DNA from: Octopus sinensis
Lineage: Eukaryota
Assembly (NCBI RefSeq): GCF_006345805.1
Contig: NC_043015.1
Location: forward strand, 28,954,001 to 29,018,000
Direction: 5' to 3'
DNA: 64,000 bases
Positions 12,201 to 27,200 of the stretch are shown piece by piece (position 1 is the stretch's first letter; each line of letters begins with the position of its first letter). The notes under the pieces were generated by a model. It was not told the origin of the DNA. It was given only the letters and a program-made list of their open reading frames with translations, and searched no databases. The translations under genes were made by a program, and so were the position numbers.

Positions 12201-15200
12201 TTGAAGAAGGGTCATAATATAGAGCTACTTGATAAAATGTTTGGGGGTGGCCGTCATGCCCAATCTAACCTGTTACTATTCTGTGCATTCTATCATCAGG
12301 TGCAGGCATGGCTATGTGGTTAAGAGGCTCAATTTTCAACCAGGTGGTTTCAGGTTCAGTCCCACTGCATGTCACCTTGGGTAAGAGTGTTCAGCAATAG
12401 CCCTGGGTCAATCAAAGCCTTGTGAGTGAATTCGGTAGATGGAAACTGTATGGAAGTCCATCACGTGTCCACGTGTGAGTGTGTGTATTTTTTTTTCTAC
12501 TGCCACCACTTGACAAATGATGTTGGTTTGTTTGTGGCCTTGTAACTTAACAGCTTGGCAAAAGAGACCAATATAAATACCAGACTTAACAAAAGGGTAA
12601 ATACTGGGATCATCCCCCTGCTCCTCACTCTAGCTAAGGCAAGGTCCAATGACTCATACAAGCAAAAAGTAAACAATAAAAGATACAGTACTCATGTGCA
12701 GGTGGTTGTCAGGAAATGGTGCATTAATTATGCAGTACAGATTCGTCTTTACACGATTGAAACGTTTCCTATGTGAGCTAATAAAAAGATGTGTCTATAG
12801 AGCCGTGCAACAAGTTGTTGTAGCAGATAAAATCTCCCTCAATAAACCCCTTATTGTCTTTAAAACAGAGGACAACATGTGAAAAACAGTTGGACAAAGA
12901 AGCAAACAGTTCTTTACTTACCCTTTTCCATGTACCAGGTTTTCAATTTCAACATCAACTTTTCAGTACTGCTGTCTTTAGCAACCTAAAAAATAAATGA
13001 ATAATATACCTGTATTAGATAAATCAAAGCTTATTTATCAGGTTATTAAAGTACATATATATTTCATCTCCCCCTGACCTGCAAAAGTTCATGTTATCTA
13101 ACCCTTTAGTTGCTGTATTTATTTTGAGATGCTCTGTGTTTCTTTCAATTACTTTAAATTTTGCAAAGAATTTAGTAAAATAACTTAGTTATCATTAAGC
13201 TAGTGTCAGGAACATAAATTGTGACTAAGATTTGGTGGAAGATTTTAATTCAGAACTTTTGGAAACAAGACATTTGTACTCAGAGCCAAAGCTGGTTTCA
13301 GCTGGATTGGTAACGAAAAGAACTTAATATACCCAATAATGTTTTATTTCAAATATCTAATTGAAATTTTTTCATAACCAATAAATATGGTACTCTGAAC
13401 TATTTCTATATAAATATTATTACAAATTTAAACGTTTATCTTGTTTGTACACCATATCAATAGGCTAGCATTTCTACTTAAGAAATCAGTGCTCTAGAGG
13501 TCAGCTCCTGGTGAACTACTGTAGTTGATAGCATAAAAGATGCATGAGTATATTAGGGGCACCTTAATTTCAGCAGCATTTATTGAGGAGAGATAAATGT
13601 TTTAGTGCATTAAAGTTTATGGGAGACCTTACGTTGCATATGGGGCCCAGAGTGATTTTTTTCTTTTTTGATATTTTTAGGAAAAAAGTCTGGGTGCTTT
13701 GCATGTGCCACTGCCAAGGGTATGCTCAGTGCAGCACCGGCATGAATGCATTTTATATGGTACCAGCACCTGTAAAGGACAAGCCTGTATGTATGGATGG
13801 CTGCAATTTTACCTAGCTCCATACATCTTCTCAAGTACAGCAAATAGCCATAACTCCCAGTCCTTTGTCATTTCCTCAGTGAGGCCCAGTGTCAGAGGAT
13901 CTTTTCTCACTGCTTCGTTCCACATCTTGGGTCTACCCTTTCCAAAGGTTCCCTCAACAATTAGAGCTCGGCACTTCTTCATGCAGCTGTCCTCGTCCAT
14001 ACGTATCACGTGACCAAACAGTCTCCTCTCTTGCACACAACATCTGATGCCTCCTATACTCAGTTTTCCCCGCTCGTCTACGTGCCGAGGTTGCCAGCGA
14101 CAGGCCTGCCCCAGTCGCCAGGAGCTCCACCACGCTACCGTGCCTGCGATCGTAAGACCGAACGAAAGCTCGCAGTCTTGCCCACGTACACGTGGACGCA
14201 GCCGCGAGATCCACGCGGTCGATACTGTGATGTGGTCCGACTTGTAAATTCACGTTGCCGCCACCTTCCGTTCCCCGCTCGTCTAAGCGCCAGGGCCGCC
14301 AGCGGCAAGCCTGCGCCAGGGCCGCCAGTGGCAAGCCTGCGCCAGTCGCCGGGAGTTCCGCCACGCTACCGTACCTGAGATCATAATAAGAACAAACTAA
14401 AGCTCGCAGTCTCGCCCACGTGCATGTGGACGTAGCTGTGACCGATGCTAAAGGGTTGCAAGTTGTTTACTTGGAGAGATGCAGAAATACTTGCAATGGT
14501 ACATTTATTTACAAGTGGACAGTGTATCATAACTTACCTTAACCAAATAACCAACAGCTGAAGCATAAGATTTTCTTACGGACACATTACGATCAGAGAG
14601 TCCAGTCAACATTGAATTCATGAGTTTACCTAGAGTAACATAGAAGAGGATTTATAAGTTACTAATACAAACACAGAAAACATTTCAAATATGTACCATG
14701 GATTAGGAAACTATATAAAGCAGTTTATATTATACTGTTAGGAATGAAGAAACCGTCAATTACTGATCCTTACAAAAATTTATTACTTTCTCCTTGTGGC
14801 TCATTGCTAACTTCACACAACTGCCATATGCACCACCAGGGGTATATCTTCATAATTTGAGAAAATATTTTCTTCTGTATCTTTGATATGCTTTTGAGGA
14901 TATGTAACCCATTAGCATTTAAACTGGCCATATTTGGTCTTCGAAATCGAAATCACTCAAAAATCAATGGAAATTATAGTTGTGATACCAGTGCCGGTGG
15001 CATGTAAAAAGCACCAACCGATCGTGGCCATTGTCAGCCTCGCCTGGCACGTAAAAAGCATCCACTACACTCATAGAGTGGTTGGCGTTAGGAAGGGCAT
15101 CCAGCTGTAGAAACATTGCCAGATCAGACTGGGCCTGGTGTAGCCTTCTGGCTTCCCAGACCCCAGTCAAACCATCCAACCCTTGCTAGCATGGAAAGCG

Positions 15201-18200
15201 GACGTTAAACGATGATGATGATGATGATGACATCTACCTAACAATGTCATTGTGAAAATAAAAATTTGAAATCTCAAATGCAAGATTACAAGATAATGCA
15301 GGATAAATTCAAATCAATGCAACAAATAAACATTACATTTGACAAAGTAATCTGAACGCCAAAGCGTTAAATAACACAGGTGCTAAACATTAAAGTTCAA
15401 TTATAAAATATCGTTAAAATGTAAAAGGTATTGTAAGAAGGTGTCATATACTACTACAAACAGTGTGAGCTTTAAATAATTTATGAATGCTTCATTGATC
15501 TGTAGTGCTGAGCACAAGTCAATCTACAGGCCAGAAGCAGGCAAAAATAAATCAGGGATAGGATATGCAACGTAGAAACACTGAATGATAAGTTTTTACA
15601 ATTAGAAGTATACGAGAAATGACTAAACAAATTTTTGAAAATGTGAAAAATGGACAAACCTGCATAAGGTGTTAAGTCATGGGGACAGTGAGTAGCCAGG
15701 GAAGTGATGAAGCTAGCACACCCTGCCTGAAATTAAAGAAGCAACCAGCTGTAGAAAGATGTTGATAAAAAACTACTCCGAAGAGCATCAAATAATTAAA
15801 GGCTGTGTAAGGTACAGCCACCTTCTCTGACAGGTTAAATTTAATTACAAATGCAAATTTGAAAAGTTAAAAGCCTAATCACTGACCTTAGTTCCGACAC
15901 CGATTCCACTTTTGATTAATTCTATGAGACGTGGTATCAGTTCTGGAAGAACAGAAGCATCAACATACTGGACACACTGGAATGAAAAAAAGAGTAATTA
16001 AACAACTGCCTATAGTAATGTCTATCAGTTCCTTGAAGACTCTCTTCCCCCTTTTCCATTCTGTTCTTTAAAGTAAGCAATAATATTTCATAAATTTTAT
16101 TCTTGAGGCTAAGTTTCTTTTTACCCTTTGGCATTTAACCCTTTCGGTACTGCATTTATTTTGTGATGTTCTGTGTTTCTTTCGATTAATTTTAAATGTA
16201 ACAAAGAATTTAATAAAATAACTTCGTTATCATTAAGCTAGTGTTAGGAACATAAATTGTGACTAAGGTTTGGTGGTATATTTTAATTCAAAACTTACAA
16301 AAAAAAGACGTTTGTACTCAGAGCCAGAGCTGGTTTCAGCCGGGTTGGTAACAAAAGGGTCAAACTAATTGCATTCAGCCCAAATATTCTTCCAGTTTTA
16401 TGTTCAAATCATACCAAAGCAGACATCTAAGCTTGACACGATCCCCTGGCCCATCAGTTCCTGTCAATCTGCCTAATCTAAGTCAGCAGCAGCATCATCA
16501 TCATCGTCGTCATGGTGTTGATGATGATGATGATGATGATGATATTGGCAGTGGTGGTGACCATTAACGATTGAATCTTTTAATTACTAGCAGTAAATCT
16601 TTACATAAATTTCTGATTTCTTAATTACACCTGAACAGTGAAACATTCTGATATTACTTAAGGAAATTAACTTCGTTTATTAAATGATGTCATGTGCCTT
16701 ATAACTTTTCTTGGTTATATCTTGAAATGAAAAAAAAAAATTAAAAAAAAAAAATTCTAATGCGGAAAATAAATAAAGAAAGAAAAGAAAAAGAAACTTA
16801 CTGAATTAACAGTTTCCATCATGGGAGACATCTTAGAAGCAGCAATGCGAGCCATGTCCAACTATGAATAACAATATAAATCAAATTACATTAATTAGTA
16901 ACACCACAATCTAAGGTAATAATTACAAAGAATATTCAATGAATAAGACAGGCATAATTTGTGTGATTAAGAAGTTTGTTTGTAACTTTGGGAGATTTAG
17001 GTTCATTTCTACAGTGTGACACAATGGGTAAATGTGCATGTATATATATATATATATATATGATGGAATCTCCCATCAAAGACATCATATGAATATTTAG
17101 CTCTTATTTCTTCATTACCCACAAGGGGCTAAACATAGAGGGGACAAACAAGGACAGACAAAGGGATTAAGTCGATTACATCGACCCCAGTGCGTAACTG
17201 GTACTTAATTTATCAACCCCGAAAGGATGAAAGGCAAAGTTGACCTCGGCGGAATTTGAACTCAGAATGTAAAGGCAGATGAAAGACCTATTTCTTTACT
17301 ACCCACAAGGGGCTAAACACAGAGGGGACAAACAAGGACAGACAAACAGATTAAGTCGATTATATTGACCCCAGGTGGCGAGCTGGCAGAAACGTTAGCA
17401 CGCCGGGCAAAATGCGTTGCCGTATTTTGTCTGCCGTTATGTTCCGAGTTCAAATTCCGCCGAGGTCGACTTTGCCTTTCATCCTTCCGGGGTCGATAAA
17501 TTCAGTACCAGTTACGCACTGGGGTCGATGTAATCGACTTAATCCGTTTGTCTGTCCTTGTTTGTCTCCTCTGTGTTTAGCCCCTTGTGGGTAGTAAAGA
17601 AATATATATTGACCCCAGTGATTCTCATATTAAAGATTGTTGATATAAATCAGAATTTCTTCTATTTTTCTGTCATTGTCAAAGAGAGCTTAAATTGAGC
17701 TTGAAAGAAGATGAGATTCATGTCATTTTCTCTTGACATGAGAACAGTTGAAATGTTGGATGAGACAGAGCAAATGAACTTACTTTTTCCTGTGTCCCTT
17801 GACTGCCAGCCTCAGCTTTAACAGCCAGATAATTCATGACCTGGGGTTCTAATCCACTGACGGCTTCAAGTAGAGCAATTGTCAACACAGGAATGTGAGG
17901 TTTTATGAGTTTGCCAGCATTTTTACTGATTTTCAAGATAGTTCTCAGTCTGGAATAGAACAAATAAAGCAGCTTTTTAAAACAGAGTTTGTAATAATAA
18001 AATAAAAATAAATGCACCCTTTTTAAAGCCTAGCCAGGCTCATGGGCCCAGTTTCCTGGTTTCTATGGCATACGTGTTCCCCAGCTGGATGGGATGCCTT
18101 TGTCATCCCCCTTGTGAAAATCTTTTCTCATCACTTCATCCCATGTCTTCTTGGGTTTACCCCTTTCACACATTCCCTCCACAATTAGAGCTCAGCACTT

Positions 18201-21200
18201 CTTGATGCAGCAGCCTTCATCCATACGCATTACACAACCATACTAGTGCAGTCTTCTCTCTTGCACAATACATCTGATGCCTTGTATACCCAGTTTTTCT
18301 CTCAAATCACTTACACTCTGTTGTATAAACACACTGACATTACTTATCCTGTCAAGCAACAGCCTTGTCAGCTATCATATTTTCTTTTGCCCTAATTTTT
18401 TTTTTACATGGTTTTCTTCCTCAAGTCTTCATCCTTTTGCATTTCAGCAGTTATGATGGAATTAATATGTATACTCTTTACTCTTTTACTTGTTTCAGTC
18501 ATTTGACTGCGGCCATGCTGGAGCACCGCCTTTAATCGAGCAACTTGACCCCGGGACTTATTCTTTGTAAGCCCAGTACTTATTCTATCGGTCTCTTTTG
18601 CCGAACCGCTAAGTGACGAGGACATAAACACACCAGCATCGGTTGTCAAGCGATGTTGGGGGAACAAACACACAAACACATATATACATATACATATATA
18701 CGACTGGCTTCTTTCAGTTTCCGTCTACCAAATCCACTCACAAGGCTTTGGTCAGCCCGAGGCTATAGTAGAAGACACTTGCTCAAGGTGCCACACAGTG
18801 GGACTGAACCCGGAACCATGTGGTTGGTAAACAAGCTACTTACCACACAGCCACTCCTGCACCTATATACATAAATTTTAAAACTGACAAAAACCATCAA
18901 GTTACAGAATCCAACAAGAATCTTAACATACCCAATAGTCTGCACTTCTTCAACACGACTCTGAAGACAGTTCTTTAGTAGGCAAGGAAGCACCAAACTA
19001 ATAGCCTGTTCTCCTATTTTGCTGTTATTCAAGTCACAATTCTTTATTGATTCCTGAAATAAAATAATAATATTTAATAATAATAATATTTAAGAAGGAA
19101 CAAAATAAACATGAAACTTCCTACAAACAGCTTATCTTCATTCATTTATTCAAATCAACACTATCTTTATAATCATTTTAAATATCTGGAAATTATTTCT
19201 ATGAAAAAAAAATCACTTATTATAAACATTAAAATATAATATGAAAATATTTAATTGGTTCTGGGTTCAGTCCCACTGCGTGGCACCTTCTACTATAGCC
19301 TTGGGCCAACCAAAGCTTTGTGAGTGGATTTGGTAGACGGAAACTGAAAGAAGCTCGTCGTATATATGTGTGTGTGTGTGTATTTGTGTGTCTGTGTTTG
19401 TCCCCCCAACATTGCTTGACAACCGATGCTGGTGTGTTTACATCCCCGTAACTTAGAAGTTCGGCAAAAGTAACCGATAGAATAAATACTAAGCTACAAA
19501 GAATAAGTCCTGGGGTCGATTTGCTCGACTAAAGGCGGTGCTCCAGCATGGCCACAGTCAAATGACTGAAACAAGTAAAAAAAAACAAAAAAACATATAG
19601 CATCATTGTTGGTTCTGAAGAAATGGATACAAGGGGCTTAGTTTGCTTCATGTTTTTTTTTTTTTTTCCCCCCCTACTTAATAGTTCCCCTAACATGCAA
19701 TGAAAAGACCTTACCCTGCTAAGTGTTTTACAAGCTTGGTGGGCAGCAGTACGTACGGATTCCTGAAATGAAAGAAAAGAGACTTCTGAAACATGGGAAT
19801 AACGACTTCTGTTGCTGAAATATTGAAATACTACCATCTTACGGTAAAAACAATGGTCGTAAGTAAACAATCTGATATTGTTAAAATATCATCTAACCCC
19901 AAGGAGGGCGGTGGTGTGTTGGGATGCATCCTTGTGCTCTCATCATTTGCTCGTGCTTATTGCATGGATATGTGAAAGAATGATACAAACTAAGTAGCTG
20001 TGAGTTTTTGATGGAAGATATTCATATTCAAGATAAACTAAGAAAGTAATGTCACATGTGAAAAATCTGATCCCTCACATATGAAACAGTACACAATCAA
20101 GACTATTACCAGTTCAATTTTTTTTTTTTTTTGGGTGCCCTTTTAAATCCTGGCCAGGCTCATGGGCCTGGTTTCCTGGTTTCAATGGCGTATGTGTTCC
20201 CTAGCTGGACGGGACGCCAGTCCATCGCAGCGTTACTCATTTTTGCCAGCTGAGTGGACTGGAGCAACGTGAAATGAAGTGTTTTGCTCAAGAACACAAC
20301 GCGTCGCCCGGTCCAGGAATCAAAACCACAATCTTACGATCATGATGCTGACACCCTAACCACTAAGCCACATGCCTCCACACCAGTTCAAATATGCTTG
20401 GGTCATATTCAAACCTGTAAGAAAGCCATTCACTCTATTTTGGAGAAAATCTTTTTACTGTACACAAGTGCCGGTGGCATGTAAAAAGCACCATCAAATC
20501 GTGGCCGTTGCCAGTCTCGCCTGGCCCTCGTGCCGGTGGCACGTAAAAAGCACCATCCGACCGTGGCCGTTTGCCAGCCCCATCTGGCACGTAAAAAGCA
20601 CCCACTACACTCACAGAGTGGTTGGCATTAGGAAGGGCATCCAGCCGTAGAAACATTGCCAGATCAGACTGGGCCTGGTGCAGCCTTCTGGCTTCCCAGA
20701 CCCCAGTTGAACCGTCCAACCCATGCTAGCATGGAAAGCTGACGCTAAATGATGATGATGATGATGAAGTGGTATAAATACACCTACAATCAGCTCACAG
20801 CCTCACCTACACAGATTGTGAGATGCAAACATTTTGGAGTGGTTATCTCCTCTTCAGACACAGAAACTGGACAGAGGGTGCTGTAAGCTGATAAGAGAGA
20901 TTGTCTCCCTTATGATATTCCCCTCATCGTACAATGACTGGTAGCGCCACCTGTACAACAAACATAAACAACATCCATCCCATAATTCAGGATCAAGATT
21001 CACAGAAAGATGCTGCATTTATAGACTCAGCCAACCCATGATAAAATTTAGAAGGAGCAAATTATTTCATACAAAAAAACAGGAGTGGCTGTGTGGTAAG
21101 TAGCTTGCTTACCAACCACATGACTCCGGGATCAGTCTCACTGCGTGGCACCTTGGGCAAGTGTCTTCTGCTATAGCCCCGGGCCGACCAAAGCCTTGTG

Positions 21201-21246
21201 AGTGGATTTGGTAGACGGAAACTGAAAGAAGCCTGTCGTATATATG

Positions 21247-21282
<36 letters not shown>

Positions 21283-24200
21283 CGTGTATGTTTGTGTGTC
21301 TGTGTTTGTCCCCCTAGCATTGCTTGACAACCGATGCTGGTTTGTTTATGTCCCCATCACTTAGCGGTTCGGCAAAAGAGGCCGATAGGATAAGTACTGG
21401 GCTTCCAAAGAATAAGTCCCGGGGTCGAGTTGCTCGATTAAAGGCGGTGCTCCAGCATGGCCGCAGTCAAATGACTGAAACAAGTAAAAGAGTAAACAAA
21501 ACAAAACAAAAAACCCAATCAAATTACCTTAATATCATCTCGTACTTGAAGGCAGACTTCCCAGAGAAGAGGCAACTTCTCAATAATGCTATTCAATTGA
21601 CGACCTTGTAATAAGTTACTTACTGCATAACAGCTGTAAACAAAACATAAATTCATAGTTAAAAAAATTAGATGTGAGGTATTTTAACATGCAATACATG
21701 TTGGAAGGGAGGAGTAATGTTTGAGTTTCTGTTGTAAGCAAGATTAACCCTTTAAGATTCAGATTACTCTGTCAAACATAATGCTTATTTATTAAACACT
21801 GCTTTGAATTAATCATATATTATAATATAATATAATAATAATAATGAAATTATTGTATACAGTGCTCAGGTGCACCACAACTTGTCAGAAAGTGCGTATA
21901 GAGTATATGCAGTAATGTACAAATGTCTGGAACGCGAACAATGTATGAGTCAGATACATGCTTGCCGTGTGTATGGAGGGGAGAAAATAGTGTTGGCAAA
22001 TCTCAGGAAGCATGGAAGTTTTGAAGGATGCAGTGCTCCGACAACTAACAACTGATGCCGGCAGTTTGTTCCATGCTTCAGCAACTCTTAGCGTAAAAAA
22101 AATGTTTCCTAAAGTCATGCGAGCTGTGCTGTTTTCTGACTTTGTAAACATGTCCACGGGTATTAGATGGGTGGAGTTTGAAAAGGTGCTCAGAGTTATT
22201 GTTTGTACGATGGTTGATAATTATCTTGTAGCTTCAAAATTTCAAATGATGTGGTTGTTTACTTTTAGAATAACATTGTAGGGTAGGTGTGAGGTGTCAA
22301 ATCTGGATGGTTGAAACTTATAACAAGGTAGAATATTTGGGCTGAATATGGCCGGTTTAAATGCTAAAGGGTAAAAGAGGGTTGTTTCAAACAAGTTAAT
22401 CCATTAACCCTTTTGTTACCATATTTCTGGTGAAGAAAACTGCATTTGTTTCAATTAATTGTGAAAATAATAAAGAATTTGGTAGAATATTGTGGTCATG
22501 GCTAAGCTGGTAATTGGAACGTAAATTAATAAGGAATTTTAATTTAGATCACTTTATATAGAAAGTTTGATATTTCTTTACTACCATTTGACTGTGGGCA
22601 TGCTGGGGCACTATCTTGAAGGGTTTTAGCAAAAAAAAAAAAAAACAACAACCTCAGTACTTATTTTTAAAGTCTCATATATTCCTTTCATCTCTTTTGC
22701 TGAAATGCAATCAAAGACCCTATAGCTAAGATTGCTTATGTCATATTGGTTTTCATGTGACTTAAGTACTTTTAGATCTAGATGTGTTCAATTATTCTTT
22801 TAGTGTTTTAATCAGAAAGAAGGGAAATGCACATGAACCTTTACAGGTGAAACATGATCTAACTAGATCTACAAGTTGATGTTGTGATTTTGTCTTAAAC
22901 TAAAACACAAAGGAGTTAATTTACCATGATTCACGAACGCGCCATTCGGAAGCCGTAAGATTCTTCAGCAGATCATCGACAATTGCATTCAGGTAGAGAT
23001 CAAGCTGTAAAATAAAAGACATGTAAAAACATCATAACCTCATGCAATTAATAATAATAATAATAATAATAATATGATACCAGGATTGTAAAGACAGAGG
23101 ATGAAAAAATATAAAAAAACAATCCCAATTGCATTTGACAGAGTAATCTGAATGCTGAAGGGTTAAACAACTGGAAAATGAAAATAATGCATGGGCAATA
23201 CTTCAGAGAAATAGAAGGGAAAAACAAGACCAACACATGGAGGTGACTATGGAAAAGTGATCTGAAAGGATGCACTGAGGATGCATTGATATGCAACACC
23301 CAGGAAACAGGCTCTGAGAACTAATTACACAAGGTTCCGAATTTCTTAACTACACAGCTATACCTGCTCCTGTTAGTATTGTATACCTGTGAAATCGCAA
23401 AACTATAAATATGCCCATGGGATAAGATTAGATGTGTCTAACTGTAGAGAACCTATTTATCAGCTGAAGTGATTGAATCACAAAATCACAAATGCAAGAT
23501 GAGGGGCCAACAAAAGCCTAACATCTACAAAGGAGACAGAAAATAATATTGAATAGCTTTAGATAATAGTTTACCTGCTTTTAGAAAACAAAACAGAAAT
23601 ATCAGTTTTTATAAGAGATTGTGAAAATAGTTGCAGATTCGACAGGGAGTTTTTACTTCAAGTAATGTAGGCACCTCAGAATTTTAAGGTATCAACTTCA
23701 GTAATTTCATCCTTCTGTGGTTGAGCTCAATAATTCATTCCTTTTACTTGCAACATTGGTACTGTTCCATCATCATCATTTAACGTCCGCTTTCCATGCT
23801 AGCATGAGTTGGACGAATGACTGAGGGCTGGCGAACCAGATGGCTGCACCAAGCTTCAATCTTGATCTGGCAGAGTTTCTATAGCTGGATGCCCTTCCTA
23901 ACGCCAACCACTCCGAGAGTATAGTGGGTGCTTTTACGTGCCAGTCAGGCGGTACTTGCAACGACCTCACTCGAATCTTTTACACATGCCACCAGCACAG
24001 GTGCCAGTAAGGCGATGCTGGTAACAAAATCTATAACACTGTTAGTAAATAAATTGTGTGAACAGTAGACTAAACAAATGTCAGAAATACTGGAATTAAA
24101 AGACTTACTGTTTTGCCCTTTTCTGGGACTAATGCATCCCAAATGCTGCTCATTGCTCTCTGTATCTTGGGGTTAGGATCAAATTGATAGCGATACAGTT

Positions 24201-27200
24201 TAGGTACAATCTGTGGAAGATAAGGGGCCAATTGCTCTCCAGCATATTGTGCTATGGTACTAAAACCGAATGCTGCACCCTGAAATAGTTAAAAACAGAA
24301 AGATGTTCAGAAAATAAAAATTTAAACATGAAAATAACATAAAATAGAATAAACATGGAGAGTCTTTTTTTTTTTTGTTTCATTTTATTTTTAATAGTGT
24401 GAAAATGAACTCATTACAAAAATATAAATATTAATAAATATTCTTCATGGGCTTCATGGAGGAGATGACAAAAGCCTGAGACTTGTGGTGATTTGCTGTA
24501 CTTGGAAAGACACATCAAGTTAAGTAAAATCGTGGCCATCCATCCAGCCATCCATACAGGCATGTTCTTTATGGCATACCCTCACTCCCTCTCCCAGCTG
24601 AGGAGAAAAACAGCATTTGTTAATGAGAACTTAATGAAAATTTACCTTTTTAGAGTTCCATGCAGCCTGGTGATTTGCCAAGTGCATGAATTTATAAATG
24701 AGATCTGGTTGGTTCAAATCGGTGGCAATGGAACAGAGTTCTTTGTATGTGGACATGGAGCCACTGAAATGAAAAAAAAAGAGACACAAAGCATTTCAGT
24801 CAGGAGAGCAATGAAATATTTCACAATAACAAATATCTACAACATTGTGGATTGCTACTTGTTTCAGTTGTTGGGTCGTGGCTAAGCTGGAGCACTACCT
24901 TGAAGGGTTTCTGTTGAACAAATCATCCCCAGTAGTTACTTTTTAAGACTGATAATTATTCTTATTTCTTTACTGCCCACAAGGGGCTACACACAGAGGG
25001 AACAAACAAGGACAGACAAACAGATTAAGTCGATTATATCGACCCCAGTGTGTAACTGGTACTTATTTAATCGACCCCGAAAGGATGAAAGCCAAAGTCG
25101 ACCTCGGCGGAATTTGAACTCAGAACGTACCGGCAGACGAAATACTGCCAAGAATTTCACCCAGCGTGCGAACGTTTCTGCCAGCTCGCCGCCTTAAGAC
25201 TGATAATTATTCTATCGCTCTCTTATGTCAAGCTGCTAAGTTATGAGGACTTAAATAAACCAACACTGGTTAAATATTGGGGGAAGGTGGACAAATACAG
25301 AACCATAGGCATAGACACACACACACACACACACACACAGCAAGCTTCCATTTGATGTCTGTTTACCAAGTTTACTCACAAGACATTGGTCAGCTTGTTC
25401 ATATAATACAACACCCTTGCCCAATGTGTCACATATATAGTGGGGACCGAACTTGAAACCACGTGGTTCCAAAATGAGCTTCTTATCAATACCATGACCA
25501 TATCAGAGTATTGAACAGAACACCTCGTAGTATTTATTCTGACCCAATGTACTCTTAGTTCGTATTCTGCCAAGGTTAACTTTGCCGTTTATCCTTTCAG
25601 GGGTCAATGAAAAAAAGGACTGACCCAGAGTGGTGGCCTTGGTGCCTGAAATAAACATCCTTGCCAACACACTGACCGAGTGTCGTAAGGCAAATTCTTG
25701 AAACAGTGGCCAGCACTAAATGGATAGTACTAGGCAGAATTGAGGCATGAACTCTTCCAGCCAGATATAAGCCCTGGTAAATAAATGAATGAATGAATGA
25801 ACTGTGGATCCAGCATGGCTGAATAGCTAAGAAGTACACTTTGTAATCAAGAGATCCCTGGTTCAATCCTTGGGCAATTTTCTTTTTTTCTTTTTTTTTT
25901 TGTGCCATAACCTCAAATCAACACTCCAAGGTTTGTTAGTGAAATTGGGACGAAGGAAACTGTTTCAGAAGTCTGTCAGGTGAACTGACCTGAAATTCAA
26001 AACAGCCAGCCGCCTTGTCACACACTGATCCCAAGGAAACATGTATCTAGCAGAAGAGTCCACTTTGTTGCATTACATTACATTAAGGGTGCATGTTTCT
26101 GTGAAATACTCAACCACTTCACACATTAATACACTGAGTAGGTCACTTAATTTATCAAGCAACTCAATGTCGCAGCTGATGGATGTTTCATTAAAGAACA
26201 TTTTCCCATTAAAACGGTCTCATCATCATCTATCCGCTCAGTCGAAGTTGACTCTCGGTTACTCGATGGATCAGTGTCCTTCAGCCAGTTCTATCCTGGG
26301 TCACTTCTTTCAGATTGGCTATGTCCATTCCCGTATCACTCTTGATGGTATCAAGCCAGTGGGTTCTTGGTCTGCCTCTTCTTCTCTTGCCACTGACCAT
26401 TCCGAGCATGATGTCCTTCTCCAGGGATTTTCTCTGCATAATATGACCAAAATATGTCAATCTATGCTTGGTGATCCTAGCTTCTAGCGATAGTTTCGGC
26501 TTGATCTGGTTAAGAACTTCTCTATTGGTGAGCCTCGCTGTCCATGGAATCCGTAAAAGTCTTCTCCAACACCAAAGCTCAAATGCATTAATTCTCTTAA
26601 AACGGTACCAATCTCAATATTATTTCACTGAAACCTCATCTTTATATATAAAATTGAAGTTGTGTGTGTGAGACTCTATCTCCTCCGATTTAGATTCCTA
26701 ACTACTCCCACATTTTGTGGTGCAGTTTAACCAAAAGTGGGTATCTTATAGTCGTGATTCATATCGAGCCCTTCTGGGTATTAGTGCATGTCTATGATGA
26801 GTCTACGATTTAAAAAAAAATTTACCATAATTTTTTCCCATTTTTACGGTATTTTCTTTGCTATTATATAAGGGAAGTAACTCTCTAAAAATGCTTATAT
26901 AGTTATTTCCCTTACAAACCTGAGCAACGCCGGGCGATACTGCTAGTCTAATATATTCCTAGTTTTTATGATATCAATTTCTCCTAAAGTCATTACTATC
27001 TCTTCTCTCTTTCAACAGTAGAGGCTTTTTTTATTGTAAGATATCAAGTGACTGCACTGGTCATCATCATTCATCATTGTTTGACCATGGTCGAGACAAT
27101 GGAATTTACTGCACTGGTGCTGGTGGCATCAAAAGAGCATCCCCAAAATTTGAACTCAAACTGTAAAGAGCCAGAAGAAATATTCCCTTATTCTCTTATA

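Noticed and set aside
20940-20956. CTCF-like motif (acaggtggcgct on the minus strand)
   Set aside because: Partial single match, expected by chance.
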